Below, piece by piece: positions 63,307-64,000 of a DNA stretch of 64,000 bases (position 1 is its first letter; every line of letters begins with the position of its first letter). Under the pieces are notes generated by a model. The model was not told the origin of the DNA. It did no database searches and was given only the letters and a program-made list of their open reading frames with translations. This DNA comes from Octopus sinensis (Eukaryota): NCBI RefSeq assembly GCF_006345805.1, contig NC_043007.1, forward strand, positions 4,278,001-4,342,000, in the 5' to 3' direction. A program made the position numbers and the translations under genes.

Positions 63307-63308
<2 letters not shown>
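63246..63308 (+). CDS. Candidate internal exon (63/60 nt, phase 0-0) QSTADESVPEKLELLACSLMQ
   Basis: ~80-nt polypyrimidine tract, cccag|cag| NAGNAG acceptor, atgcag|gtgtgt donor; only the phase-0 frame is open. Confidence 0.35.
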
Positions 63309-63345
<37 letters not shown>

Positions 63346-64000
63346 TGTATGTGTGCATTGTGTGTGTGTCTGTGTGTTCGTGTGCACGTGCTTAAAATGA
63401 CGACTGAAAATAAATCAGGTGCAAATATTAAAAGAAATATTGGTACCTGATTTATTTTCAGTTGCGATTTTATTGTTATATTTTTATTTTCTATAGTGTC
63501 TGTGTGTTTGTATACATGTGTGTGCCTGTGTGTGTTCGGTGCATGCATGCGTGAGTATGTGTGTTTGTAAATATGCATGTGTGTGTGTGGTTGTGGGTAC
63601 GATGGTATGGATTGGTTTTACAAGCAAAAGAAATACTCAATACACAGAGAAGGATGAATACATTTTATAAGAAGCTGAAACTTCTTGAATTGTAACTCAG
63701 AGTTTTATGCTTCCAATTGTTGAATTACATATCGACACACACACATATACAAACACACACACACAAACACACACACATATACAAACACACACACACACAC
63801 ATACAATACACATTCATGTAAATGTGTCTCTAACCATGAAATTTCTTTATTCCTATTATTGACATCTAACTTGCTCTTCCAGATCAATATGTAATCAAAA
63901 TTTTCCCATGTATTTTTCCAACCAGAATTTCCTTGTTTTCTTATTGCAATTCATGGCAACTTTCTTCTACTCCATATTCTTCACTCTCACGCTTTCTTTA

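Overview
Eukaryotic, AT-rich, microsatellite-dense genomic DNA with one 100-N scaffold gap (23476-23575). The SINE/LINE repertoire is most consistent with an octopus (coleoid cephalopod) genome; this is pattern recognition, not a database result. There is no intact long gene: nearly all listed ORFs are microsatellite artefacts or decayed transposon fragments. Mobile elements present: several SINE families (a tRNA-headed SINE with a central microsatellite, a CORE-type SINE, an RTE-tail family, an old ~200-bp family), RTE and R4/Dong-like LINE fragments, two Tc1/mariner relics, Tigger- and piggyBac-like MITEs and a non-autonomous Helitron. Two less obvious layers were found. (1) At least six type I hammerhead-ribozyme motifs, one near-canonical (14675-14736) and the rest decayed or truncated, sit in Penelope-like/retrozyme-like fragments and fold-back palindromes inserted in (TA)n tracts. 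(2) A set of small, unique, splice-site-bounded + strand islands may be exons of a large-intron cell-surface gene: a phase-1 S/T-rich stalk exon, a 30-nt microexon and alternative hydrophobic terminal exons. All exon calls are inferences that need RNA-seq.
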